Source: Squalus acanthias (Eukaryota). From it: 64,000 nucleotides of DNA. The stretch lies in NCBI GenBank assembly GCA_030390025.1, contig CM059433.1, positions 14,262,001 to 14,326,000 on the forward strand. The letters are read 5' to 3'. This document shows, in pieces, positions 12,318-26,300 of this stretch. Under the pieces are notes generated by a model. That model did no database searches, was not told where the DNA came from, and was given only the letters and a program-made list of their open reading frames with translations. A program made the position numbers and the translations under genes. The first letter of the stretch is position 1. Every line of letters begins with the position of its first letter.

Positions 12318-14709
12318 TCAAGTCTCTGGAGTGGGAATTGAACCCATTACCTTCTGATTTAGAGGCAAAAGTGCTACCAACTGAGCCACCAGGGAGAAAA
12401 TGGGGATTGGATGGGTGCAATTTGAGGCAAAGAGATTGGCAGAGTAATCCTAACCAATATGCTCACTATCAGCTATTTCATTATTAACACCAACAGTTAG
12501 AGACCTTGTTGAGCCCTGCAGGAGGTGGGATTTTGCATTCTTGCAAGTGCATACGATTTTGCTGGGAGGGGAAATCTTGTCTCTCCAGCATTTAGCTAAA
12601 TCATTGAAGCTGGCAGTGACACTGCCATTACGTGTAAAATAACCTATACAATCATGTCACAGATGTTGCCAATCAAAGGATTGCTAAAATCTACTTTTTT
12701 GCCTTCACAGGTTGGAAGATAACAGCCCTGAAAATCCGCAATCCTGCTTTGTGGAACCATGGTGGAGCAGGACAGCGCCCCGCCCCACCCCCACCCTGGC
12801 CCCAGCCGCCTGACCTTATGCACACTCACAGGGTCAGGGGCATTTCTATAAAGTGGGTGGGCACTTGCAGCAGTAGTTTCATGCAGGAGTAACCATTAGG
12901 TGAGGAGAAGAGGGAGAGTAGAAATTCACAAAGGAGGCCGACCTGTTCTTTCCTAAAAAGAAACCGCTGTACCATTGGAGCCTGACTCCAAACCGTTGAA
13001 GCAAGGGCACGTATCCTTTAATGACAATCAGTGCAGCTCAGTACAGGGTAGGGAGGTGGAATGAAGCAAAGAAAGCCTTACTGGCGTCATTAGAAGCGAC
13101 GGTAATCGTTCAATAGATACAGGTCAAAAAGTCTTAGTTGGCCCCTACTTCAGCCAGGATGCGGTCCTGACAAGTATGGGATGTCTGCTTCATGCAGGCG
13201 TACAGTACACTGGGATCAATAGAGTCAGAACTTGCATGAATTCCACTGGCTAGCTTCCCAACAATCCCGTCTCTTTCCTGCGAAGGGGGATGATGCAAGA
13301 AGTGCATGTCCCCACTCCTCAAGGAAAGACCGTTGTCTGCAAATAGGATGGAAATCCAGCAGAAACAGGTTGTGCACCGATGTTCACCTCCGCTTGCTCC
13401 CACCCAACAACATCCCCAGTCTGTCCAAAACGCCAGGGAAATTTAAAGCCAACAAGGAGCAAAGAACGCAGACTTTAAAACGAGGATCCTAAGTCTGTTG
13501 CCAATGTTATCATCAAATTTTCTTTCTGTTGTTTTAACAATGATTTCAACCTTAGTTGAAATAATAGAGACATTTCATGAGTGCATTGAGCATTTTTACG
13601 ATAATATCACCAATAGTAATTTCTAGTGCCATATTATCACTCTTAGAATATCTTGTTTGAGATGCAAAAAACATTACTTTTATCAATTCTATACAAAAGA
13701 AAAGTGCACTTTACTGTTCCTCTAGACATCACACAAAATAATTTTGCTCAATTAAATATACAATGGCTAAAAAGACAAGAGTAAATCTTCAAAAAGCATC
13801 TGCCATTTTCCAGAACAGGGGAAGCCTCTGAAGTAATAATCTCTGTCAAGATCAGTACTTTTAGAAGAGCTGGTTGAGCTGTCTGAAACCTTTACTTTTT
13901 AATGGTGTTTACATTCCACCCTGATTGACTTCAATGGTTCAGCTTAGGGCTGCCTTCTTGATTAAAAGCTGCAAACAGTTACTTTGAACCACTCCAGAAC
14001 CCATTCAGTGCAGACAGATATGTAGGGGGTGAATGATCTGGTGTATGCTTTAAGGAAGCTAACTGCTATGTTTAGTCAGCCATAGGAATAATGTTTTCTT
14101 GTCATAAATTTCAGGAGGTGATGAGTCTCTTTACCGTGTACTTTTCCGTTCCTGTAGTTTTATGTTACCTGGAGCAGGGTTACTTAAATCAACGGCATTA
14201 GGGTACAGCAGTAGCAAATATAAATATCAGGAAATTAATCCATTCTTATCTAATCTAACCAATTTCTTAACCTTTACTTAAGAATTGAAACAATCAAATA
14301 TAGAATTTGAAAACATTTGACCAAACTATTTTGCACTCAAGATCAATGTTTTTAGATAAATTAATGGGATTTTTTTCAAATTGAGGTTCCACTGGATAAG
14401 ATTTATTCTCCACTCTCATTTATAATCTTTAAAAATATTACCATGCTTATTTTCATGACCCTTTTGTATATTACAATACCAACATTTAAAAAAAATTATT
14501 CGCAAAAAAACGTTCTTTCATTCAGACTGTTCTACTGTTTGTTTTGTGTACAAGGCCCATGATTTAAATTGGACCAGGGGCAACAGCTGGCCCTGTGGCA
14601 CATTGGTAAAAGAATCCCAAAGATATGAGAATGTGGAAGAAATTATTTCAATTGCTTTTCTCCTTCCTGAAAACATTTTCTCCCCTCCCCTCCTTTCCTG
14701 AAAGACGGT

Positions 14710-15365
14710 GGGCTGGATTTTCATTGACCCGTGGAGGCGGGTTTGGAGGCGTGTGGGGGGTTAAAATTGCAAAAACTGGCAGGCGGGCACAAGTCCGCCT
14801 CCATCCCGCCTCTACGCAATTTTCATTAAATCGTGTCTGCTGGTCCCGACACCGTCCCGCCTCTAAGAGACGGGATAGGCAGTTAAGGCTCTTAACAAGC
14901 ACTAAATTGGCTCTATAATGCCATTTTGAAAGGCCTTTGTGATTTTAACCCTTGTTCTCCGTGAATCACGCCTGTTCTGAACCACGATTGTGAAACCTGG
15001 CGGGAGCACATTTTGATAGCTGACTATCAGTGGCTGGGGCTGGCAGGCATCTGGGATGGAGGAGCCGTATCTGGGAGTGGTGGTGCAAATCTCTCTCTCT
15101 CTCTCTCTCTCTCATTTTGCATCCAGGTCCTCTCACAGCAAAGGCCAGGCAGTCTCTGACCTTCAATGCAGCAGCAATGATGACATCATCAGAGGCGACT
15201 TTCAGACTGAAACCACTAATTAGTTCATGGGTTCCCACATGCTGGAACTCAATTGCCCAATTAGGTGAAAATTGCATCAATCTCCCACATCCAATTGCAG
15301 TCGGGTGGATAACACGAAAAGCAGATGACACGACCCCAACCCGCCCCAGTATCAAAATCCAGCCC
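14710..15365. mobile_element. Harbinger-type MITE
   Basis: Perfect TIR GGGCTGGATTTT / AAAATCCAGCCC. Confidence 0.8.
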
Positions 15366-17287
15366 ATTGCGTCCTTGCTGGCGTATAATTTCATGGCCAC
15401 TAGTCCACTCCAAAACCTTGCCCAAGTCACTATTATTGAACTGCGCGCCTGGAAACTGAAAGTAAAACAGGGCATTTGGTCATAGGGCATCAGAGCCAAA
15501 CCCACTCCTGCCCCGCACTACACTTGCACACTGCCCGGTGGGTTAGAAAGAGGAAAATCATCTCGGGTTTCCTCCCCTGTTCACTATTCATCGGCCTCTG
15601 CTGAAAAACTCAACTCTGGGTGTCGGATGAGGGCAGGGTTGGGTTTGGAAGTGAACTGAAGGGATGTAGGAATCTCTTTAGTTCACTCCCTCACATCTCC
15701 AGTATGTGGAAGTAATGCCAACACCACATTATAATCTACTGAGCCGACCTACAAACCATTTAAATATTTCGCCAATATTAATTGTGGGTCACTTACATTA
15801 CACATGGTTTACACCCGGTTCTCTGCAAAGACTTAAATGTGTGCAACTACTTCTGTATGATTTCCCAAATGAAAAAGCTAAGCCCTGTGAAGGAAATTCT
15901 CTGTTTGGCCAGTTACATAATGATAGCATTCAAGGCAAATTTCAACCAACCTCATTTTCTCCAAGAAACCGTCTAGTTTGGCAAGAGTTAACTGTGATGT
16001 ATTTTTCAAAGTCAACGTACAAAATAATTCTCAATTATAAATATTTTAATAAGTTGCTTCCCACCAAAAATGCATTTATTCTTCCAACTAAGGCTCAGGT
16101 ACATTTATAAATCCTGTTTTGTTGAAAGTTCTACATTACTCTTATGTCAGATTTGCCCACTTTTACCACTCAAGAGGTGTAAGCAAGGTACTGACATTGG
16201 CCAAATATGTTTTCAAAGAGAAGTTGGCTTGAGAGCTAACATAATGTGTAATCCAGAAAGTATTATGGTATATTCCAAAATCAGTCTCTCTCTCATCAAT
16301 ATCAGTAGTGGCACGGAGGAAAGAGGCCAAATTCACTTCTGCGCCATTTTACATCAGTTCAGAGACACATTCGGGGAAGGATGAATCCATCATCAGGAAA
16401 ATCAGATTTGAGCTTGTGGCTGGAACCTCCCTATTCTGGATAGCTTAGTTCCAATCTGTGCAGCGCATTTACCAACTGAATCATTGGCAGAATTTGTAAA
16501 AATGTTTAGATTCGGTCCTTTTTTTTTTAGCAATTTCCTTTTCTGCCATGTTTTGTTTCTGCCCCTCTCCTGAAGGCGCTTTCTCTTTGCTGGGCTACGG
16601 TTCCACAGTAGTTGGTCAGCCTTCAGTACCTTGCTTAAGTGACCATTCGTCGTGTTTAAGCCTGGGCAATGAGTGCCAGCCAGTTCTTTGACTGCAGGAG
16701 GCCAGTTGTACCAACCTTGTTGCTACCACGGCTGAGATCAGCTAATTGAGCACAGACCGGGATCTAACCTCTGACCTTCGAGTCGGTATGGCACAGCTGT
16801 TCACTGCTGTAATCAGCGGAGCCGCTGGAGGTTGAAATTTTTACATGTGCCGTACAATTGGTTTTGATTCCCTTTTCTAGGGCAAAGTAGTACGTTAAGT
16901 ACAAATATAATTTTGACGGCTGTTCATTAATAAAAGCATATAATATACTCTGGCTTATAATTCAGACCTGGGCTTTGAGCTCATCTTTTCAATGTACAAT
17001 TTCTGCTCATAACATGAAAAATCATGGTAATTACCAGGAAAAAGAACCTGTCAGAACAATGGAACGCCGACAAAAATAAATGTAAAAATTCTACACAGCT
17101 TAGTATTAGCCATTTGGAATCCTTGATTTGAAATTAGACAAATATTAAGTCAAATTCAAAAATATTTATACTTAGCTAAGGATACCAACAATGGTTAGTT
17201 TAAATTAGTCCTTTCTCTGAACCAGAGAACAAAATTTCCTTTCCTTACACAGAGCTTCTTTGTTGGGCACCTGGTGAAGATGACATT

Positions 17288-18015
17288 GGGCTGTATTTTG
17301 CGACCCCTACGGGTGCGTACGAGGTGTGTACGCGCCCGTAGGGGGCGCGCAAGTGCTGGGTTTAGGCATGCGAAGCCTAACAGATCCTCCGCATCCCCGG
17401 GAGTCGGGCATCCGCGGGCGGAGAGTTGGGCTATTTGCACAACTTCCGCCCGCTGAATGACTATCAAGTTCTTACATCTGGTAAAAGCAGGCATAAGGCC
17501 GGCTTTTAACAGCATAAGAGTTTAAAAAAATAGTAAAATCAAATTTTATTACTCATTAATAAATTAAAAATATTCTTCAAAAAGGTACATTTATTTTTAG
17601 TCCCGTAAAAACATTTAATTTCTTTTTTCAAAAAATTACATTTTTGTTCAAAATATTTAATGAAATGGCATTTTAATTAATTTTAAATATGTAATTTAAA
17701 AAAAAAATATTTCATGTGTTGGTGTATTTTTTTTAAGTGATCCCCATTCATACTTTTGACAGTTCCGTACGTACGGACCTGTCAAAAGTATGAATGGGGA
17801 TTCTCTTCTTTTATTGGTTGGGCCGGCCCACGTGATCCCAGGAGCGCCTACGAATCACCTGCGCCCCTGGGATACGTGGGGCTCTGCCCGCGCAAACCCG
17901 GAGAGGCCCAGGAGCGCAAGCCGCCATTCCTCCCAGACCACCAGATATTTTCATAGACATTTTGCAGGTCGGAGGCGTTCTCCCGCGGGAAGCCTCCGAT
18001 TGCAAATGATGGCCC
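17288..18015. mobile_element. Harbinger-type MITE with AT-rich centre
   Basis: TIR GGGCTGTATTTTGC / GCAAATGATGGCCC; 3-bp TSD ATT on both sides. Confidence 0.8.
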
Positions 18016-18789
18016 ATTATTCCAATGGGCAGACCTAAGTGAGTAAGAGACAAATTATGAAGATGTGAATAAATGAATGACCAGATAACCCTGTCAAGCT
18101 AATGATGGAGCTGAAAATCTTTCAGGGCTTTGTTAATAAATTCCACTATTTTGTAGGATACATGATTCAACCCCTTTAGTGTCGATTTTACCAGGCGAAA
18201 ACTGGACAGGTAGCCAGTTAGAATTAAGCGGATGCCTTACCCAATGATGTCCCATCTGGATCCCTTTGTCTTCAATTTTAAGCTGCTCCTCTGAACAGGT
18301 GGAAAAGGCACCCGCCTGAAGCTGGCAGGGTCCTTCTTTAAAGATGCAGATCACGGTTCGATGATGTCATCGGGACCTGACCAGGATTTTAACTCCAAAC
18401 TGAGCAGGGAAGCTGCTTCAGTTTTCCCGCCAGGTAAAGTCAAGTGAGAAGAGGATTGGGAGGAGAAGAGGTAGGTTTTTTACTTTCCTTTGTGGGATCT
18501 GAGGAACGGGATAGTTAAAATCGCCGTGACCTCATTCTTCGCAGACAGCGGGAATCTAACTGATCCCAGTGGTTTCCCGCCAGAAACCCGCTGACAGTTA
18601 AACCCGCCCACCCTTCCTATTCTGCCTGGGAATGTGCACAGACACAAGAAAGCCTATAGCTACACTGCATCCACACTATTAAAATCTCCAACAGTTACTA
18701 AAGGCTAAAATAATAAATTATGCTTGTATCCAATAATTGTACGCACTACGTAGACCCTATACATGAGAAAAGAGGGTAATATTATATAA

Positions 18790-19260
18790 GAACATAAGAA
18801 ATAAGAGGAGTAGGCCATACGGCCCCTCGAGCCTGCTCCACCATTCAATAAGATCATGGCTGATCATCGACCTCAACTCCACTTTCCCACCTGATCTCCA
18901 TATCCCTTGATTCCCCTAGAGTCCAAAAATCTATCTATCTCAGCCTTGAATATACTCAAAGACTCGGCATCCACAGCCCTCTGGGGCAGAGAATTCCAAA
19001 GATTCACAACCCTCTGAGTGAAGAAATTCCTCCTCATCTCTGTCTTAAATGGCTGACCCCTTATCCTGAGACTATGCCCCCTAGTTCTAGACACTCCAGC
19101 CAGGGGAAACAACCTCTCAGCATCTACCCTGTCAATCCCCCTCAGAATCTTGTATGTTTCAATGAGATTACCTCTCATTCTTCTAAACTCCAGAGAGTAT
19201 CGGCCCACTCTACACAATCTCTCATCATAGGACAGCCCTCTCATCCCAGGAATCAATCTA
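18790..19260 (-). mobile_element. Young CR1 LINE 3' fragment
   Basis: ORF 18873-19256 SRTRGHSLR..RRNFFTQRVVNLWNSLP; tail (TTCTTATG). Confidence 0.95.
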
Positions 19261-19384
19261 GTCTTTATATAATTAAAGTCTTAGAAACAAATTATTCAGC
19301 AATTTTTTTTAAGAAACTGCTCTCTTGAGGAACTTTCTTTTCTGCTGTTGGCAACTGATCGAAACTTCAACACATTGAGTAAAG

Positions 19385-19680
19385 GAAGAAGGAACTTGCA
19401 TTTCCATTGCACATTATCATATCCTCAAGACATTGCATGCACTTTCCTTCCAGTGAATACTTTTGAAGTAATTTACAGTTGTTTTGTAGGCAATCACAGC
19501 AGCCAAAATGTGCACAGCAACACCCCACAAACAGCAAAGAAACGAACAACCAGATAATCTTCCAATAAAGCAGCAACTCAGATAACGCTGCTTTCCTTGA
19601 GTACTGCACTGAAGTGTCAGTGGATCCACAACCGTTTACCTTAGAGGCAAAAGTGCTGCCAATTGAACTAAGCTGACAGC
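19385..19680 (-). mobile_element. Degenerate Deu-domain SINE
   Basis: CAGCAGCCAAAATGTGCACAGCAA and head similar to the 34490 copy. Confidence 0.6.
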
Positions 19681-21639
19681 TAGATCAGTAATCCACATTA
19701 ACTCGTTATTCAATGGAGGAACCAATTAAAGGGAATGAAGTATTTTTACACTGTTTAAAAAAAAACAATCAAAGATACTTTTATCTTCAGGGCGTGCTAT
19801 CAACAGCAGACTTGTGGTTCTCCCACAATCAACGGCCCTCCCAAATAAAAAAACAGTCTCCGGAGTTTCAACATCAAGACTCAGATGTTCATGGGTCTTA
19901 CAATCCATTAGATTAAGCCCTTACTAAAATGGGGAAAGCGGATTCCTTATGCTTGTGCCTTGACACTATTTCACAAGATGTGAGACCATTTCACATGCAG
20001 ACACATATAACTGGTTCTCCAAATCAGTTCCTAGCCCAGGTCTGCTTTTACCTGAGCTGCTTGCTCCCATTTCTAAACATTCTCAATATTTGTGTTTGTA
20101 AAGGTTGCCTGGGTTTATCACTTCATGTGTTAGAAGTGTTTTTATTTTTAAATAAGTTTCTTTTTGCAAGGACTTCATAGCATCACACACTTGGAATGCT
20201 TATGCCTCCACAGAAAAGTAGGACACTGTCTTACGATTCAGTGCCTAATAGGCAAAGGAGAATCGTGCCAGATTATGGTATAAATCAGTAAGAAAAGCAC
20301 ATGGCGATTGTTTGATTATTGCTCTCGCGGGACCCAACAACGAGATTAAGATAGCTAGGGATCCTACCAGGGAACATATTCGGTACAACAACATAGGCTC
20401 CTGAAGTTTTGAATAAACAGTTGCATTCTGAAGCTCTTGTTTTTGATTATGGGTCATTCATGGATAATGAATGGTCTACCAGCTACAGGTCAAAAGGGCT
20501 TAGGAACAGTTTGCACCTTGGAGACCCACTGATGTGAAAAATGTTTTTTTGTATGGAGAGGAACATAACTCTTTTGAGATACGTGCAACAAAAAGGAATG
20601 GTAAAATGGTCTCAGATAATGCATATTCCAAGGCAAAATCTGTTTAGATTGACTAAATAGGTTAACTATGCCTGTAGCCTTTAATGGTTAAATTGTTCTG
20701 ATTATTTAGCTTTCATTACTAATTTTGTATGTAGGTAGCATTAATACAATATGGTGCCTTCCGCTTTGATAATATAGCTCAAGGATGTCGTCTTGAAAAT
20801 TATTTAAATAGGGTACTTAAAGTTAGGTGTTACTCAGAGGGATAATCCATTTTAAAAAGAGACATGCAGGAGGTAATAATGATATGGTTTGTGATCTGTG
20901 CACAGCAGCTAATTACTGTGTTTAGTTAGTTTAGGCAACCATATTTTATTTCAGCATTTCTGGAGATCCAGATTCCCTTTTGTCTTGCACAAAAGATTTT
21001 CACCTATTATATATTCATGAAAACTCAAACTGAAGCTTACAAGACATTAAATGAGCCAATCATTCACCTATAGGAACTAATTTAAAGTACGAGAAATTTC
21101 TTCCTGATTCTTGACTATTTGCTGAATGTAATAGTGGGAGAATAATTTGATTTTAAAATTATTGCTTCACTGGGCTATCTTTTTCCCCCCAAAGACAGCA
21201 AGTTTGTTAAGGCAAGGAGATCAATTTTTCAGATGGTTCATATGGTGGTGGAGAATATTAAGGTCACACACAATATGCCACAGAGTAATAGGATATATGA
21301 TGGAATCTGTGTATTCCACGCTCAGCTGAGCTATCACAAGGATTGGGGAACAGAGTCTATGTGCTACTCTCCAGGGAGGGTGAAACACACTTCACCCAGC
21401 AACCTGTTCGAGTGAAAAAAGCCCAGGTGTATGTCGCCTCCCTGCCCAGCATCTTTTTCAGGGAATGTACTGGGAGATTTAGAATGGGAGAGGATGGGGA
21501 GCAACAGGAGAGTAAATAACAACAATAAGAAATGTAATTTATTGAGCTGACATTTTGGAGTGTGCCTATTATTTCCTCTTACTCTGCTTATGGACATTTT
21601 TTTCATACGTTCCGAATTTTTTTCCGAACGGATCCATTC

Positions 21640-22103
21640 ATTTTAAAGGCTGCTGCATCCCATATTTGTCGAGGAACAGCACCTCATCTTCGATTAGGCA
21701 CATTACAACCTTCTAGACTCAACATAGAGTTCAACAATTTCAGACCATAACCTCTGCCCCTTTCATTTTTTTTTCTCTCTTTCACATGGCAGCTGTTGAT
21801 CATCCTGCCATTGCCATTTACACTTCATCTAGAGTCATCTTTTGTTTCTTAACTTGTTCCATTACCATCTCCTTTTGCCTTGCACCATCATCCCTTTTGT
21901 CTCTTAATCTCTCCTGCCTTCCATCCTATCACAGACCTTCCCTTTTGTTCTTACCTCCCCTCCCCTTTCCCTGCCCCCACACTTGCTTAAAAATCTGTTA
22001 CATCTCCAACTTTTTCCAGTTCTGACGAAGGGTCATCGACCTGTTTCTCTCTCTGCAGATGCTGCCTGACCTGCTGAGTATTTCCAGCATTTTCTGTTTT
22101 TAT
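21640..22103 (+). mobile_element. Penelope-like element 3' fragment
   Basis: EEQHLIFRLGTLQP..LNIEFNNF C-terminus plus terminal repeat, near-identical to 25000-25448. Confidence 0.9.
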
Positions 22104-23411
22104 CTAAGATATGGCTCGTCAGTTGAAGGAGATGTTAACTGGAGGTCAGGTATGAAAACACTCACTCATAAATCTATGGCTTATTATTGGGTTGCAAAGA
22201 GGCAAGTTGCTGAAGCTCCACACCTCAACTGGTGGAATCCACTATGATGGGGAATGGTGTGTGTCCATGTCGTGGTGTGGCAGATGGTGGCAATGCATTC
22301 ACACATCTTATGATGAGTTGCGCTGTTCACCATGCTGCTCATGAGGAACTACTGTCCGCCTAGTGAAGGCTCAAACCTGCACTTGACAATTTTTCAATGG
22401 CCTGAGGTCAACTTGGTGCCGAAATGACACTTCTCATAATGAAAGTTTGGAACCAAATCAATCCTCTGTGGCACATCTGGATAATCTGATACCTGATCAG
22501 CAATGTCTACAGTACTCCAGGGAACTTTTGATGATTGACCAGCCAGTCTTGCTCATTATTGGAACCCGCAGGGTTAGATCTGGCACTGGGTGCTAGGATT
22601 TTTCTCACTTGGCTACAGATAACATTTCAAACCAATGAGCTAAAGGTTAGTGCGGTCCTGGCTGGTTAAGCAGCAGGAAATGTTACCAATGCTCTGTGCT
22701 GGCAGATCATGTAGTTTTAGTAGAACCCCAGTTCTTATGGAAGTCCCTCAGCCTCGTCTCTGCTCACCTGCACTTAAGCACTCTGGACTGAAGTAAATGG
22801 GGTGTGCCCCACGGAGGGCAACCATTCCATATCAGGAAAACAGGAAGTCTGCCTGTGTGGATTTCTCAGCAGCTTAGCTTGAATGCTCTTAACATGGTGA
22901 TGGATTTCCATAATAAGCCATACAGAAACAAAATGCACTGTTAGTTCTGACACTCCCAGTCCTTTGTTCTGAAATCTGCCTCTTTGATTAATATTAACGA
23001 AGGGATGAAGAGAGGAAGGAGATGGTAATCAATCCAAATAAAAGGTGTTGCTATGGGAACCCACATGGGTCCGAGCTATGACTGCCTTTCGTGGGATTTG
23101 TGGAACATTCTTTGTTCCAGTCCTACTCAGGTCCCCTCCCTCACCTCTTTTTCCGGTACATTGATGCCCTTTCCTGCTCTCGCCCTACTCTGGAAAATTT
23201 CATCCACTTTGCTTCCAATTTCCACTCTTCCCTCACCTTCACATGGTCCATCTCCGAGTCTTCCCTTCCCTTCCTTGACTTCTCTGTCTCCGTTTCTGGG
23301 GATAGACTATCGACCAATATCCACTATAAGCCACAATAAGTTCTTTCCTCCCCTCCCCCCTTGCCCTGCCCCTGCACTTGCTTAAAATCTGTTACATCTC
23401 TAACTTTTTCC

Positions 23412-23448
23412 ACTTCTGATGAAAGGTTATTGACCTGAAACGTTAACT
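23412..23448 (+). ncRNA. Minimal type I hammerhead ribozyme motif (Penelope terminus)
   Basis: CUGAUGA-A-AGGUU/AUU/GACCU-GAAAC-GUU-AACU; stem I has a mismatch. Confidence 0.55.
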
Positions 23449-23825
23449 CTGTTTCTCTTGCCACAGATGCTGCCTGACCTGCTGAGTATTTCCAGCATTT
23501 TCTGTTTTTAATCCACTAGAAGCCCTCTGAATCCCACAGCTACCTGACTACACTTCCTACCACCCTGCTTCCTGTAAGGACTCAATTCTATTCTCCTAGT
23601 TTCTCTGTCTTTGTCGCATCTGTTCTGACGATGCCACCTTCCATACCAGTGCTTCCGATATGTCTTCCTTTTTCCTCAACCGAAGATTCCTCTCCACCGT
23701 GGTTGACATGGCCCTCGACCATGTCTGTTCCATTTCCTGCATTTCTCACCCCTTCCCTTCCCTCCCAGAACCATGATAGGGTTCCCCTTGTCCTCACCTA
23801 CCACCCCACATTCAACAGATCTAGG

Positions 23826-24540
23826 TTTGGGTGTCCTCATACAGGAAACACAGAAAGCTAGCATGCAGGTACAGCAAGCAATTAGGAAGGCAAATGGCAC
23901 GTTGGCCTTTATTGGAAGGGGGTTGGAGTACAAGAGTAAGGAAGTCTTACTACAATTGTACAGGGCTTCGGTGAGACCACACCAGAGTACTGTGCACAGT
24001 TTTGGTCTCCTTATCTGAGAAAGGATATACTTGCCTTCGAGGCGGTGCAACAAATGTTCACTACATTGATCCCTGGGATGAGAGGGTTGTCCTATGAGGA
24101 GAGATTGAGTAGATTGGGCCTATACTCTCTGGAGTTTAGAAGAACGAGAGGTGATCTCATTGAAACATATAAGATTCTGAGGGGGATTGATGGGGTAGAT
24201 GCTGAGAGGTTGTTTTCCCTGGCTGGAGAGTCTAGAACTAGGGGACATAGTCTCAAGGTAATGGGTTGGCCATTTAAGACTGAGATGAGGAGGAATTTCT
24301 TCACTCAGAGGGTTGTGAATCTTCGGAATTCTCTACCCGAAAGGGCTGTAGATGCGGAGTCGTTGAGTATGTTCAAGGCCGAGATAGAAATTTTTTGGAC
24401 TTTAGGGGAATCAAGGGATATGGAGATCGGGTGGGAAAGTGGAGTTGAGGTCAAAGATCAGCCATGATCTTATTTTGAATGGTGGAGCAGGCTTGAAGGG
24501 CCGTATGGCCTACTCCTGCTCCTAATTCTTATGTTCTTAT
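23826..24540 (+). mobile_element. CR1 LINE 3' fragment inserted in the Penelope element
   Basis: ORFs 23773-24018 and 24045-24467 with CR1 motifs; tail TTCTTATGTTCTTAT. Confidence 0.92.
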
Positions 24541-25829
24541 GGATCATCCTCCACGATTTCCACCACCTCCAGTGTGATCCCACCACCAAACATAACTTCC
24601 CCTCCCCTTTCAGCATTCCGAAGGGACCGCTCCCTCCGCAACACCCTGGTCCACTCCTCAATCACACCCAACACTCCCTCCCCTACCATGCAACACCTGC
24701 CCTTTTACCTCCTCCCTTCCCACTGTCCAGGGCCCCAAACACCCCTTCCAGGTGAAACAGCGATTTACTTGTACTTCCTGCAATTTAGTATACTGTATTC
24801 GCTGCACACGATGCGGTCTCCTCTACACTGAGGAGACCAAACACAGATTGGGTGACCACTTTGCGGAACACCTCCATTCAGTCCGCAAGCATGACCCCGA
24901 GCTTCCAGTCGCCTGTCACTTTAATTCTCCGCTCCACTCCCACTCAGACCTCACCGTCCTCGGCCTCTTACACTGTTCCAATGAAGCTCAACGTAAGCTC
25001 GAGGAACAGCACCTCATCTTTTGATTAGGCACTTTACAACCTTCTGGACTCAACATTGAGTTCAACAATTTCAGATCATAACCTCTGCCCCCGTTTTTTC
25101 GAACAGCAGATGCTGATTCTGCTATTCCCATTTAAACCTCTTCTAGACCCATCTTTTGCCCATTACTAACCCCTTTTGCCTTGCACCATCATCCCTTTTG
25201 TCATTCAGTCTCTTCTGTTTTCCACCCTATCACAGACCTTCCCTTTTGTTCTTTTCTCCCCTCCCCCCTTTCCCTGCCTCTGTACTTGCTTAAAACCTGT
25301 TACATCTCTAACTTTTTCCAGTTCTGACGAAGGGTCATCGACCTGAAATGTTAACTCTGTTTCTCTCTCCACAGATGCTGCCTGACCTGTTGAGTATTTC
25401 CAGCATTTTCTGTTTTTATTTCAGATTTCCAGCATCTGCAGTATTTTGCAAGGGCAATTAGGGATGGGCAATAAATGCTGGCCTTCCCAGCGGTGCCCAC
25501 ATCCCATGAACGAATATATTTTTTAAAATTTTTGTATAAGGTATGAATGGTGTAAGGATGCAGAACACTTATCAATTCAATTCCCACTGCAAAAATAATC
25601 TTCAATATCTTTACAAAGATGTGAATCTTGTTTTAAATAAGTTGGCATCTTAGTTATTGGTTATAAAAAAAAGCAACTCCACAGCACACCAACTTTATAC
25701 TAATAATTTCATGTTTTGCTGCTGATTTGCACCTATTGTCATTGTTTTCATACAGAATTTTTATTAGTACACTGAGCCTACTTTGCTATGATTTTCCTGT
25801 CATAACAGAGTGTTGGCATCTCCCTTTCT

Positions 25830-26300
25830 GTGTCAGCTGTGGCTCAGAGGGTCACACTCTCTCGCCTCTGAGTCAGAAGGTTGTGGGTTCAAGTCCCACT
25901 CCAGGGACTTGAGCACATAAAGCTAGGCTGACACTCGCAGTGCAGTGCTGAGGGAGTGCTGCACTGTTGGAGGTGCCGTCTTTTGGATGAGACGTTAAAC
26001 TGAGGCCCCGTCAGCTCTCTCAGGTGGACGTAAAAGATCCCCATGGCCACTATTTCGAAGAAGAGCAGGGGCGTTCTCCCCGGTGTCCTGGCCAATATTT
26101 CTCCCTCAACCAACACAACAAAAACAGATTATCTGGTCATTTGCACCTTGTTGCTTGTGGGTGCTTGCTGTGCGCAAATTGGCTGCCGCGTTTCCCACAT
26201 TACAACAGTGACTCCGCTTCAAAAGTACTTCATTGGCTGTAAAGCGCTTTGAGACGTCCGGTGGTCGTGAAAGGCGCTATAGAAATGCAAGTCTTTCTTT
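25830..26300 (+). mobile_element. Full-length Deu-domain tRNA-SINE (SacSINE1-like)
   Basis: A-box TGGCTCAGAGG, B-box GGTTCAAGTCC, core GGAGGTGCCGTCTTTTGGATGAGACGTTAAAC, tail AAGGCGCTATAGAAATGCAAG(TCTT)n. Confidence 0.9.

Larger units (their letters stand above)
23030..25448 (+). mobile_element. Penelope-like retroelement (RT + GIY-YIG endonuclease), degenerate and interrupted twice
   Basis: KGVAMGTHMGPSY, FFRYID, LPFLD, IHYKP (PLE RT); CTSCNLVYCIRCTRCGLLYTEETK..EH..PVACHFN (GIY-YIG, ORF 24752-25024). Confidence 0.92.

Noticed and set aside
15695..15748. 54-nt phase-0 mini-exon VGSVDYNVVLALLPHTGD (-)
   Set aside because: Weak pyrimidine tract and too short to support
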